Shown here: positions 1-8,827 of the stretch, one piece after another
How the letters are laid out: every line of letters starts with the position of its first letter
Numbering within the stretch: position 1 is the first letter of the stretch
From: a virus
Lineage: Duplodnaviria; Caudoviricetes
IMG/VR virus record: IMGVR_UViG_3300048574_000548
Coordinates: 1-51,410 of that record
Length of the DNA stretch: 51,410 bases
Direction: 5' to 3' (one strand)
Translations under genes and position numbers: made by a program
Notes under the pieces: generated by a model
Told to the model about the DNA's origin: nothing
The model's input: only the letters and a program-made list of their open reading frames with translations
Database searches by the model: none

Positions 1-222
1 ATGAAAATCAATGATGCGGTTTTACAGCGGTTGGATTCGAACAAAGGACTGGGGCTGATCATGCGGGCACTGGATGTCAGCCATTCAACAGCCAGGGCAT
101 ACATCAAAGCAAACGACGACAACCTTACAAAAGCGGCAATGCTGGAGGCGATTCGTGAAGAATATGGATTGACAGATGAGGAGATCCTGGTTAGGGAACT
201 TCCTGAAGAGGCACAAAGCTAA
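1..222 (+). CDS. Cro-like small HTH protein
   Basis: 73 aa, HTH-like IMRALDVSHSTARAYI, first gene of the early rightward operon. Confidence 0.55.
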   Translation: MKINDAVLQRLDSNKGLGLIMRALDVSHSTARAYIKANDDNLTKAAMLEAIREEYGLTDEEILVRELPEEAQS

Positions 223-267
223 AACCGGAAACATAAATCGTCAATAGGAAAAATCCCCTTTTTGAAA

Positions 268-507
268 ATGAGCTACCGACCGCCATACATAATGACTGAA
301 GAAAAGAGGCTAAGGATTGTGCATGCTATTCAATCGATTGATCAAAAGATTAATGCCATGCGCGACGCGATGGGTTATGCTTTGGCTGAATATGCGTCAG
401 TCCGCAGTGAGCTTCTTAAGCTCCTGGATTCTGAAGAGAGTTCTTTTAATAGTTCTGAAACCATTGATATCAATGGAAGCATAAGAACAGACAACAAATT
501 GGGCTAA
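268..507 (+). CDS. Hypothetical protein
   Basis: ATG at 268 preferred over TTG at 262; 3' end overlaps an antisense ORF. Confidence 0.4.
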   Translation: MSYRPPYIMTEEKRLRIVHAIQSIDQKINAMRDAMGYALAEYASVRSELLKLLDSEESSFNSSETIDINGSIRTDNKLG

Positions 508-660
508 AGGGTGCCCTTCCTGGTACTGGACCATTTGGTTAGCAATACTATCAAAGTCGGCAGTTAAAGATCCTTCTTTGGTAAATCCGTGAACGGTCAT
601 TTTAAAATCCAAATCTGTTTTGAGGGCGACAATATCGCCAAGCATAAGCATAGTATACAT
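397..660 (-). CDS. Small protein, DUF2158/YodC-like
   Basis: LGDIVALKTDLDFKMTV resembles the GDvVxLKSggpxMTV start of DUF2158; a TATCTTTA -7-like element on the minus strand at 683-690 favours a start near 660 rather than 735. Confidence 0.45.
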   Translation of the reverse strand: MYTMLMLGDIVALKTDLDFKMTVHGFTKEGSLTADFDSIANQMVQYQEGHPLAQFVVCSYASIDINGFRTIKRTLFRIQELKKLTAD

Positions 661-689
661 AGTCTTTAAAGTTTGATCACTATAAAGAT

Positions 690-720
690 AAAGGTTACCG
701 GGCTTCGGTCCGGAACCTTT
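690..720 (+). terminator. Hairpin with cUUCGg tetraloop, possible terminator or processing site
   Basis: AAAGGTT-A-CCGGGC TTCG GTCCGG-AACCTTT. Confidence 0.5.
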
Positions 721-734
721 AAAAAGAAACAACA

Positions 735-965
735 ATGCAAATCGAACTGACCGATAAAGAGATGAAGGAGCTGGGGTATCTGAGGAGATGCCTTACCTCC
801 AAAATGATTCCGCTGGAGAAGCTGGAGTCATTCCTGAATGGGCTGCAGCAGAAAGCAACTGCTCCTGCTGCTCCCAAACCCAGGAACAAAAAAAGTGAAT
901 TGAGAACTGACCGCTTCCGGATGAAAATATTCCATGGTGGCCATCATTCAAGCAAAGCAGTATGA
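735..965 (+). CDS. Hypothetical protein
   Basis: A-rich leader; ATGA overlap with next gene. Confidence 0.7.
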   Translation: MQIELTDKEMKELGYLRRCLTSKMIPLEKLESFLNGLQQKATAPAAPKPRNKKSELRTDRFRMKIFHGGHHSSKAV

Positions 966-1195
966 CGCCTGAATTAACATGTATGAAAGGGATACGGTTA
1001 ATTGATCTGAATGATCACCGAAATGGTTCGATCGAATTAACACCCTATCAGCGCTGGCAAGTGGAGATGTATGGAAACATCCTGGTAGAAAATGGCCAGC
1101 CTGAAGAATTTGAAAATGGATCCTCCAAACGTGATGACAATGAACGCCGGATGCAGAATGAAGAGGATCACTGGTTCAACGAGCAAGAGTTTTAA
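962..1195 (+). CDS. Hypothetical protein
   Basis: Translationally coupled to upstream gene. Confidence 0.7.
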   Translation: MTPELTCMKGIRLIDLNDHRNGSIELTPYQRWQVEMYGNILVENGQPEEFENGSSKRDDNERRMQNEEDHWFNEQEF

Positions 1196-1198
1196 ACC

Positions 1199-1387
1199 AT
1201 GATACCATTAACCAAAAACGAGCTGTTACAATGGCAAATCAAACATTACTCACAGCGTCTGCAGGAGTCAAAAGAAGATCACCAGATAAAACAACGCGCT
1301 TTCTTAAGAGAGCAGGTATGGCGATTAAAACAGGCGCTGGTTACGCTCTCAGAGCAGCCATCTATGTGCAGTTCCTGGTTGTGTTAA
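1199..1387 (+). CDS. Hypothetical protein
   Basis: Starts 3 nt after previous stop. Confidence 0.55.
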   Translation: MIPLTKNELLQWQIKHYSQRLQESKEDHQIKQRAFLREQVWRLKQALVTLSEQPSMCSSWLC

Positions 1388-1472
1388 TAATATGTGCTGT
1401 GTTCGCACTATTGTTTGAATGCCTCTTTCTTTTCATACCCCGTCCCTCAACTGAATTATAATCCGTGACCCT

Positions 1473-1706
1473 ATGCAAAGCTACCCTACTGGAATACTGA
1501 ATTTACCCATTGCTGTAACGTTCGTGCTGCTTTTTTGGATTGCCTTCCACTTCGCAGTGACGCAATGGGCTCAGGCAAGAAGGTTGAAAAGGCGAATAAA
1601 GGAAAAAGAGAAGTTGAAGACTTTTCATATGGCAAGCAATCGAAAGCCTGCTGTGTCTACAGCGGGCTTATTAAACAAGAGTTCTTTAGACAAGGATCAT
1701 AACTAA
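1473..1706 (+). CDS. Small membrane protein
   Basis: One hydrophobic helix followed by a basic tail. Confidence 0.5.
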   Translation: MQSYPTGILNLPIAVTFVLLFWIAFHFAVTQWAQARRLKRRIKEKEKLKTFHMASNRKPAVSTAGLLNKSSLDKDHN

Positions 1707-1742
1707 CCTCCAGTATAGCAAGAATGCGACTATCCTGGAGAA

Positions 1743-1814
1743 GGCACCGTAGAGCAGCGGTAGCTCGTGGGGCTCATAACCCCGAGGTCGCAGGTTCGAG
1801 TCCTGCCGGTGCAA
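1743..1814 (+). tRNA. tRNA-Met(CAT), initiator type
   Basis: Cloverleaf: acceptor GGCACCG/CGGTGCA with 1:72 mismatch, D-stem GAGC/GCTC, anticodon arm TGGGG CTCATAA CCCCG, T-arm GCAGG TTCGAGT CCTGC; CCA not encoded. Confidence 0.93.
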
Positions 1815-1980
1815 CAGGACCATTGGACGGTCATTTTGATTGTCGTAGGCTGGGTGAAAAAGACCAGCATTTTAAACGCGCCGTGGCTTCTATATATACA
1901 AGTCACCGGAAGCAGTGGACTAAGACCCAAAGCAGCAGCTGAGGTATCCTGCCGGTGATTTTTAAAACCTTATCAAACGA

Positions 1981-2139
1981 ATGAAACAAAAATTACAAAA
2001 GCTTTTTTTCTTCCTGATCCTGGCGGGACTACTGATAGTATGTGCCGGCACTCAAACTAGTTTGTCTTTGATGAAGTGGGGGTTCATCACCTTCTTGATC
2101 GGATTTATCGGAGGATGGATTACCACTATAGGCGAATAA
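1981..2139 (+). CDS. Small 2-TM membrane protein (not in ORF track)
   Basis: MKQKLQKLFFFLILAGLLIVCAGTQTSLSLMKWGFITFLIGFIGGWITTIGE, 52 aa. Confidence 0.6.
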   Translation: MKQKLQKLFFFLILAGLLIVCAGTQTSLSLMKWGFITFLIGFIGGWITTIGE

Positions 2140-2149
2140 AACTGAAATC

Positions 2150-2410
2150 ATGAAAGGCCCATCAATTATTATCGAAACAGATGAAGCGGTCAGTGTCGAT
2201 TGGAATAATTATGATTTGTCTTTAGAGGCGGCGGCAAAGGAACTGTCAGAAGGACGAGATGTAGTGGCGAGAGAGTTCCAGGATTATGGAGATGAATACT
2301 CAATGCCGGAGGTAGACACACTTACCGCCAGGGATTATGAAGGAAAAACAATAGATCAAATAATTGAAATGATTCGCGGCTGGTATGAATCATTCGGAAG
2401 AGCCTCTTAG
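2150..2410 (+). CDS. Acidic hypothetical protein
   Basis: ORF with AT-rich leader. Confidence 0.65.
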   Translation: MKGPSIIIETDEAVSVDWNNYDLSLEAAAKELSEGRDVVAREFQDYGDEYSMPEVDTLTARDYEGKTIDQIIEMIRGWYESFGRAS

Positions 2411-2434
2411 GTGGAAGAGGATGGTGGCTTGTAT

Positions 2435-2464
2435 GGGAGCCGTTGGTTCGGCGGCTCCCTCTTT
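2435..2464 (+). terminator. Intrinsic terminator-like hairpin
   Basis: GGGAGCCGTTG GTT CGGCGGCTCCC followed by TCTTT. Confidence 0.6.
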
Positions 2465-2476
2465 AAAACACGGTTT

Positions 2477-2872
2477 ATGGAAAAAATATTAAGGATAAAG
2501 AGCGGAGAGTTTGAAGTAGAAGGTCATTATTCAAAGTATGATGGCTTTATAATCGAGACTAATACACAGATTATCAAGGTAGGCATATCCAGCGAACAGC
2601 ATTGTTGTGAATCTTACGGTTGCCTTATGACCAATGATACTACCCAGGATTTTGTGGGCGCAGAGTTGATTGGGATTTCTCGAACTGATCAGGTGCTTAA
2701 TGACATAAAGATTGATGAATTGGAATACCTCGACGAAGGAGGGGCAATGTTTGTTAACCTGAAAACATCAGTTGGCCTCCTGCAATTTGTTGCTTACAAC
2801 GCACACAATGGTTACTATGGTCATGGGGCGGTACTTATTTCAAAACAGCTTAATCTGGAAGAATCACTTTAA
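2477..2872 (+). CDS. Conserved phage protein (CCE ... HNGYYG motifs)
   Basis: Start moved to ATG 2477, downstream of the hairpin; QHCCES and YNAHNGYYGH motifs. Confidence 0.7.
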   Translation: MEKILRIKSGEFEVEGHYSKYDGFIIETNTQIIKVGISSEQHCCESYGCLMTNDTTQDFVGAELIGISRTDQVLNDIKIDELEYLDEGGAMFVNLKTSVGLLQFVAYNAHNGYYGHGAVLISKQLNLEESL

Positions 2873-2882
2873 TGCAATAACA

Positions 2883-3191
2883 ATGACAAAAGCAGATTAT
2901 GAACACTTTCCCACAGAACATGCCGGCAGGCTTGTACTGGTGATCATGGATCTGGACCTCGGGGGTCGATCTGTTACCAATGATATTGAGAATGTAGTTG
3001 CTGAGATCGAACAGCGCCAGCATATAAATGCTAAAGAATACCTGGTTGTATATCGTGATTCAATGGGAAACTGGGATGGATGGGATCATGCCAGAAAACA
3101 GTTTGTCGCGCTCTTCACCAGGACATGGCAGTCTGCGGCCACTGAGTACATAAAAATTCAAATTGCTGGCCACCAACCAGCGTATTCATAA
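2883..3191 (+). CDS. Conserved phage hypothetical protein
   Basis: ATG 2883; SVTNDIENVV and YRDSMGNWD motifs. Confidence 0.7.
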   Translation: MTKADYEHFPTEHAGRLVLVIMDLDLGGRSVTNDIENVVAEIEQRQHINAKEYLVVYRDSMGNWDGWDHARKQFVALFTRTWQSAATEYIKIQIAGHQPAYS

Positions 3192-3237
3192 AAAATGCTG
3201 CAGCGCTAACTGCAGCATTAAAAAACAAAAAAGAAAG

Positions 3238-4173
3238 ATGGAATCAAAATTACCAAATTCTGCAAAAAGCGTGATGCAGGTCATTCAGAACACACCGCCC
3301 GTACAAATTGCAGAACTCGACTTTGTTCGGGAAAAGTACATTCAGAACTTCAATGCCTGCCATAAGGAGAAGGTTGGCGAATTGATGTATCACCGCCAGG
3401 TAATACACTTTAAACAGGCCATCTCTAACAGCTCATCCTTACAGAAGTGTGATCCATTCTCATTATACGCCTGCTTTGCTACGGCAGCTGTTAATGGGTA
3501 CAGCATGGATCCTAACGACAGCGAGGTATATCTGATCGCAAGAGGGGGAAAAGCATACCTGGACCGTCAGGCCGGGGCATATATCCGCCGTCTGATCAGG
3601 ACCGGGCAGATCCAATATGCTGACCAGGCAAAGCTCGTATATGACGGAGATGAATTCCAGGTTGAAAATAGCCGTGTGATCAGGCATGTAGAAAGATTTA
3701 AGAGTGATATCATCATTGCCGGCTATATCCGCATGGCCATCGATGTAGATGGCAGTGACCGGTATTTTATCTATCGGAAAAGTGATTGGGAGAGCTGGAG
3801 AAAGAAAAGCCCTAATCCCCGCACGATTGAAAAGAACGGGCAGAACGGATCTTATTTAAGCGAAAGCTTATGGGACAATGGTATTGTTGGAGGAACTCAG
3901 CCTGAACCCAATTTTCTGCGAACCAAAATTGTGAAGCATGCTGCAAAAGAAAAATGTTGGGCGACTGGCATCACCCCCGCAGCGGTTGAAACATATTCGG
4001 AAATCGAGATCGATGCTGAAGACGAGCAAACAAATGGGCAACCTGCTTTCACTGTTAGAGAAACGGAATTTAAAGCCAAGGATAATACGATAGCTGCAAC
4101 TGTAGTGAATGACGATGATTTTGCCTCAAGGAATACTGATCCTGGTCTTACCGTGGAGGACGATACATTCTAA
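3238..4173 (+). CDS. recT: RecT-family single-strand annealing protein
   Basis: CDPFSLYACF..A.NGYSMDP..EVYLIARG, LVYDGDEF, KIVKHAAK, acidic C-terminal tail; start at ATG 3238. Confidence 0.8.
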   Translation: MESKLPNSAKSVMQVIQNTPPVQIAELDFVREKYIQNFNACHKEKVGELMYHRQVIHFKQAISNSSSLQKCDPFSLYACFATAAVNGYSMDPNDSEVYLIARGGKAYLDRQAGAYIRRLIRTGQIQYADQAKLVYDGDEFQVENSRVIRHVERFKSDIIIAGYIRMAIDVDGSDRYFIYRKSDWESWRKKSPNPRTIEKNGQNGSYLSESLWDNGIVGGTQPEPNFLRTKIVKHAAKEKCWATGITPAAVETYSEIEIDAEDEQTNGQPAFTVRETEFKAKDNTIAATVVNDDDFASRNTDPGLTVEDDTF

Positions 4174-4192
4174 TTACACCAAATCTTAAACA

Positions 4193-5605
4193 ATGCAAAC
4201 AGAAACCATCCTGGATAACCAGGTAGCAGTTATAAACAATTCAATCGATCTTTTCAGGACGGCGCCTGAAGTGTTGAAGGCAAACCAGCTTCGAACATCC
4301 AAAGCGAAAGGTATTGGCGAAGCAATCCTGCAGCAATGGGCAGATGCATTTGCTATCAGTGAAGAGGATGCCCGAATGGCAGCGCTTGCAGAAGTGGACA
4401 CCCGAAGCAATAAGTACCTCATTAACTGCAATGTTGCGCTGGAGGAAGAGAAAGCGGCCCGCGCATCCATCACTCAAATGATGGACGCTTTTAAGAAAAT
4501 GTTCACGGAGGCTGAAGCGGAACTGGATAAGACAAAGCCTGGTACAGTTGCGCAGAAGATCCAAAACAGCAGGAACCTGTATGCAGCAGAGGATAATAAG
4601 CTCAGGGAAAGAAAAAGACAGGAAGCGGCGCGCACTGCAGCGAAAGCCAAGGAATTAATTGAGATCAGAACAACGTTCGAGAAATCATACGCCGCAGCAT
4701 TCAACAATTTCCTTCTTTCAAAAAAGACCAAGCTCCAACAGATGTTCAATTCCCTGAAGCTGGAGAAGTTCGCTGACGATGCAGCGCAGATCCGATTGGT
4801 CAAACCCCAGTTTACACACAACCATTTTGATTCACTGGTGTCAGATCCCGTAAGGTGGCCGCAATACCACACCACTGATGAAGTGATCGCAATCGGGCTG
4901 GAAGTAAAGGCTCCCCTGTTTGAGGGATATGCCGCCACCTATCAATCGGAAATGAATGCCACAAAAGAAGATATCGTGGCTAAAATCCCTTCCAAGCATG
5001 AAGAGTTAAAAGAGCAGAAGCGCCTGGCTGATGAAGCAGCTGCGGAGCAGGAACGTCAGCGCATTGCGGAACAGAGACGTCAGGAAGAGATAGCGAAAGT
5101 AAATGCCGCAGAGAAGGACAGGCTGATCGAGAAAGCGCGTATTGAAAGGGAGCAGGAACAGGCTCGTCTGGCCAAGATCAAGGAAGAGCAAGAACAAGCT
5201 GCGGCTGAACAAAAGCGTAGGGAAGAGGAAGAACAGGCGCGCCTCGCACGTGAAGCGGAAGAAGCGCGGAAGAAAGCTGAACTGGAAGCTGAAGTGAAAA
5301 AGCAGGGTGAGCAAACAATGGTACTGTTCGAACAGGAAGCGGCAATTGCAGGCACTGCTCCTGCGCCAGAGACAAGGAAAGGGTATGATATCGTCGTAAC
5401 CCATCCTGTTGGTTACACGCAAATATTCGCCCTGTGGTTTGAGAATGAGGGTAAGAACCAGCCTATTGATAAAATAGGTAACACAAAGCTCGATCAGATG
5501 AAGGCCTGGGCAGAGAAATATGCTTTGAAAACCGGTACCAAGATCGAGAGTAAGTTCTTGTATTACGAGGAATCAATCAAGGCTGTGAACAGGAAGGCGA
5601 AATGA
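4193..5605 (+). CDS. Coiled-coil protein of the recombination module
   Basis: E/Q/R/A-rich coiled coil lying between RecT and the exonuclease. Confidence 0.75.
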   Translation: MQTETILDNQVAVINNSIDLFRTAPEVLKANQLRTSKAKGIGEAILQQWADAFAISEEDARMAALAEVDTRSNKYLINCNVALEEEKAARASITQMMDAFKKMFTEAEAELDKTKPGTVAQKIQNSRNLYAAEDNKLRERKRQEAARTAAKAKELIEIRTTFEKSYAAAFNNFLLSKKTKLQQMFNSLKLEKFADDAAQIRLVKPQFTHNHFDSLVSDPVRWPQYHTTDEVIAIGLEVKAPLFEGYAATYQSEMNATKEDIVAKIPSKHEELKEQKRLADEAAAEQERQRIAEQRRQEEIAKVNAAEKDRLIEKARIEREQEQARLAKIKEEQEQAAAEQKRREEEEQARLAREAEEARKKAELEAEVKKQGEQTMVLFEQEAAIAGTAPAPETRKGYDIVVTHPVGYTQIFALWFENEGKNQPIDKIGNTKLDQMKAWAEKYALKTGTKIESKFLYYEESIKAVNRKAK

Positions 5606-6267
5606 TGGAGGTTATTAACCATACAAACTATCGGGCTTTCCCAGCTGTGAGCAACAGTGATCTTACGGAACTGGAGGAGTACTGGCAACCTCAGAGTGTA
5701 GTCCTGGATCTGCGTTCTGCCTTTGCCAATGGTACGCTGATAGATTGCATGATCACTGAGCCTCAAAAGGTGAATTACTTTAAACTGACGGTGGAAGGTG
5801 AGGATTATAGCTACTCAGCTGATGAGTTTGAACGCGCAAAGGAAATGAAAAAGGCATTTTACAAGGATCCTTTCTGCGAAGAGTTTGTTCGCCAGTGCAA
5901 GTTTCAGCACATCAGCTATAATCCTGCTTTTCCAATTCAGTATGGAGATGTTCGGTTTACCCTGCCGGCAAAATGCAAGTGGGATCTATTTCGGGATGAT
6001 ATCGACCTGAGTGGCGATATCAAGAGCACTGCCTGCACTACACAGAAACAATGTGAAGAAGCATTGAGGCACTTTGGTTATGACCGGTCCCGTGCCTGGT
6101 ACATGGATCTGGAGAACCGGAATAATGATATCCTGATTTTCATTTCAAAGGTCAACTATAAAGTGTTTAAGGTCCCCATTAAACGCGGAAGCGAGCTGTA
6201 CAATGAGGGAAAGGTAAAGTACCAGGACCTGAGTTTTAAATGGTGGTATCTATTTGGTGAGCTATGA
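5602..6267 (+). CDS. PD-(D/E)XK exonuclease, RecE/exonuclease VIII-like
   Basis: VSNSDL, AFANGTLID, KCKWD...DIKST, GYDRSRAWY. Confidence 0.75.
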   Translation: MMEVINHTNYRAFPAVSNSDLTELEEYWQPQSVVLDLRSAFANGTLIDCMITEPQKVNYFKLTVEGEDYSYSADEFERAKEMKKAFYKDPFCEEFVRQCKFQHISYNPAFPIQYGDVRFTLPAKCKWDLFRDDIDLSGDIKSTACTTQKQCEEALRHFGYDRSRAWYMDLENRNNDILIFISKVNYKVFKVPIKRGSELYNEGKVKYQDLSFKWWYLFGEL

Positions 6268-6671
6268 AGTACTGGTTAAAAGAGGATGTCGTGGGACCTG
6301 TTTCACGAAGGGTGTATGGTCAATATGGGGACCGGGTAGAATATGTGAGTGATGATGGTGTCAGGGCGGTGGTAAAGGGAAAAGAGCTTTTTCATGTTAG
6401 ACTGGAATTATTATCAGACAAACCTTTAAAAAAGATGAACCTGAAGAAACAAAAGATGAAGCGCCAAAGCCAGCACCGCCGCCAGCACCTGCAAAAAAGA
6501 AAAGTAGCAAAAGCAAACAGAAGAAAAGAGATACAACAACTGGAGGTCCAACCCTTTTTTGAAAACGTAATGATCGCAACCGGTGAAGAAATTAACGGCC
6601 GATCAGTTTTAATCCTAACCCCTGCAATTACCCCTAATAAAAATCTTAAAAATGACAAACGAAAAAACTAA
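6264..6671 (+). CDS. Hypothetical protein; probable -1 frame switch at 6428-6434 giving a product that ends at 6562
   Basis: A_AAA_AAG in frame; the -1 frame reads KDEPEETKDEAPKPAPPPAPAKKK...GGPTLF. Confidence 0.55.
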   Translation: MKYWLKEDVVGPVSRRVYGQYGDRVEYVSDDGVRAVVKGKELFHVRLELLSDKPLKKMNLKKQKMKRQSQHRRQHLQKRKVAKANRRKEIQQLEVQPFFENVMIATGEEINGRSVLILTPAITPNKNLKNDKRKN

Positions 6672-6870
6672 TGACCAGCTGGTCTATGAAATTCTTACCA
6701 TTTCCAATCCAGAACTGAAACAGCAAGCCTGGGAACAGCTGCTGAAACAATCACCCAGTAACAGTGACCTCTGTTACCTGATCAAGTACACAGAACTGAA
6801 ACAGCAAGCCGGGGAACAGCTGCTGAAGCAATCACCCAGTAACAGTGACCTCCGCAATGCTGCGCGATAA
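6652..6870 (+). CDS. Short helical-repeat protein, possibly truncated
   Basis: Two copies of ELKQQAxEQLLKQSPSNSDL. Confidence 0.6.
   Translation: MTNEKTNDQLVYEILTISNPELKQQAWEQLLKQSPSNSDLCYLIKYTELKQQAGEQLLKQSPSNSDLRNAAR
6710..6852 (+). repeat. Direct repeat, 62-bp unit, 81-bp period
   Basis: 6710-6771 vs 6791-6852, two mismatches. Confidence 0.95.
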
Positions 6871-7004
6871 AATTTCAAATTGTTTTGAAGAAGGAGATTT
6901 TACAGAAGCGGGATCGTTGATTTTCAAAATAGCTCCGAAGGCTACCGTTATTGAAAATAAGGAGTACTGGGGGCTGCTATTACTTAAACCTTAATAAAAA
7001 AATC

Positions 7005-8825
7005 ATGAAAACTGTATTGCAAACGGAGCAGCCAGTGCTGAACCTGGCAGAATTAAAATATGTTCTTCTTTCTGAAATTGAACCGGATCCTAATCAACCC
7101 AGGAAGTATTATGATGAAAAGGAAATGGATGAGCTTACCGCATCTGTTCGGGAGAAAGGTGTACTACAACCAATTACTATCCGGAAGAATCCGGGAACAG
7201 GAAAGCCTTATATGCTGGTTTGCGGTGAGCGCCGATATCGTGCGGCATTGTCAGTGAACACAGCATTTAAGACAAGGAACACCATTCCTGTCAGCATTCA
7301 AGAGCTGACCGATGATGAAGCGCTGCAGCTACAGATCATTGAGAACTTGCAGCGAAAGGACGTACATCCGATGGAAGAAGCTGTGGCATTTAAATCTCTT
7401 ATGGATAACGGAATGGATGTAAAGGAAGTGGCTGCTAAGGTGGGTAAAAACGAATACTATGTTCGCCAACGTGCAAAACTGAATGGTCTTGCTAAGACCT
7501 GGCAGGATGCCTATTATGCTAATCGTATTTCCTCATCGCTTGCAATTACGCTCTGCACATTTGATGAGAAAACTCAAAATGAGATCTGGAAGAATGATGG
7601 TAGCCATTACTCCGGGCGCATTGATCTTAGCAACTACGTTATTAACAAATATCGTGGAGATTTGCTTAGAGCCTCATTTGATTTGAGTGATGCTACCCTC
7701 GATAAGAAAATGGGAGCTTGTAATAGCTGTCCTTTTAACAGCGCTGTAGCATCACTCTTTCCAGAAGCAGCTGCAAACCCAATCTGCTCCAACAGGCAAT
7801 GTTTTAAGCATAAATCCGACATCAATTTTGACCGGAAGCTAAAAGATGCCCTGGCCGACCCCGAAGTAATTCTTATTAATCCTGAGTACTATAGTTCTGA
7901 AGATAACCTTACACGTAAGTTGGAAAAAGAGGGGCTCAAAATCCTAAACGGACAAAGCAAAGGAAACTTCTCAGTTATTGAAGTTCCGGAAGAGGTCAAC
8001 CTGGAGACTTATGACGAGGATGATTATGACTCCAGGGAAGAATTGATAGCAGACTATGAAAAAGACAAAGAGAAGTATGAAAAGGAGCTTGCCGCATACG
8101 ATGAAAAAGTAAAGGGTGGCAAATACAAAAAGGCATTTGCCATCAATGGAGATGGAAAAGGAACCTACATGTATATCGTCCTGGGAAAGGGATCTGGTTC
8201 ATCTGCCAAATCTGTAAAAGAGAAAGCTTCAGAAGATAAACTTACTGTTGAAGATATAGATGGGGAGATCAAGCGCATCAACGAACGTGAGAAACGAAAC
8301 AAGGAACTGGATGTTAATAAGATCCACAAAGAAACTCTTACCCAACTTTCAAAAAAGAAATCATCGGTTATTTCAATGAAACACCAGGGGATGGCAGATA
8401 GAGCTATCCTTGTATATATCCTTCTCCATGAAACAAATGGTATCTACAACCTGAAGCAAAAATCAGGAGTTAAGGGATTGCCGGCAGAGCCTGGTTATCA
8501 TGCCGCCTATTCCTCTGAATATTTCAAAGCGCTTGGTAAAATAACCGATGATCAGTTGGCGCAAATTGTTAGGGTGATCGCATTTGATAAGTGGGGTAAC
8601 CCTGCTATTGCAGGTGATGTCAGAAAACAAGATACAGCCCTTAGGATGATTGCAGAATATGCTGGTATTGACATTAAAAAGATTGAAGATGATCAGCAGG
8701 TTGAAGCAGCTACCCGGCAGGAAAGGGTTAAAAAAAGGATTGCTGCGCTCAATAAGCAGAAGTCAGAACTGAAGAAGCCGTCTGCTGAGAAATCCAAAGT
8801 AAAAAAGGCTGCTAAAAAGAAGTAA
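7005..8825 (+). CDS. parB: ParB/RepB/Spo0J family protein with Cys-rich middle region
   Basis: PDPNQPRK, GVLQPITIR, LVCGERRYRA, IENLQRKDVHPMEEA; CNSC...C...C; start ATG 7005. Confidence 0.85.
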   Translation: MKTVLQTEQPVLNLAELKYVLLSEIEPDPNQPRKYYDEKEMDELTASVREKGVLQPITIRKNPGTGKPYMLVCGERRYRAALSVNTAFKTRNTIPVSIQELTDDEALQLQIIENLQRKDVHPMEEAVAFKSLMDNGMDVKEVAAKVGKNEYYVRQRAKLNGLAKTWQDAYYANRISSSLAITLCTFDEKTQNEIWKNDGSHYSGRIDLSNYVINKYRGDLLRASFDLSDATLDKKMGACNSCPFNSAVASLFPEAAANPICSNRQCFKHKSDINFDRKLKDALADPEVILINPEYYSSEDNLTRKLEKEGLKILNGQSKGNFSVIEVPEEVNLETYDEDDYDSREELIADYEKDKEKYEKELAAYDEKVKGGKYKKAFAINGDGKGTYMYIVLGKGSGSSAKSVKEKASEDKLTVEDIDGEIKRINEREKRNKELDVNKIHKETLTQLSKKKSSVISMKHQGMADRAILVYILLHETNGIYNLKQKSGVKGLPAEPGYHAAYSSEYFKALGKITDDQLAQIVRVIAFDKWGNPAIAGDVRKQDTALRMIAEYAGIDIKKIEDDQQVEAATRQERVKKRIAALNKQKSELKKPSAEKSKVKKAAKKK

Positions 8826-8827
8826 TC

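Noticed and set aside
1724-1958. Three overlapping ORFs from the track (1724..1942, 1730..1930, 1767..1958)
   Set aside because: They are translations of the tRNA and its flanks
3194-3219. Perfect 10-bp hairpin AATGCTGCAG/CTGCAGCATT before recT as a novel element
   Set aside because: Single copy with no U-tract on the plus strand; most simply a stabilising or reverse-strand terminator hairpin
6710-6852. Diversity-generating retroelement TR/VR pair
   Set aside because: The copies are tandem within one ORF, one of the two mismatches is T/G, and no reverse transcriptase is encoded in the window
7005-8825. Complete PRTRC system or plasmid ParABS partitioning
   Set aside because: Only the ParB-like gene is present; no ParA, ThiF, JAB or E2-like partners recognised
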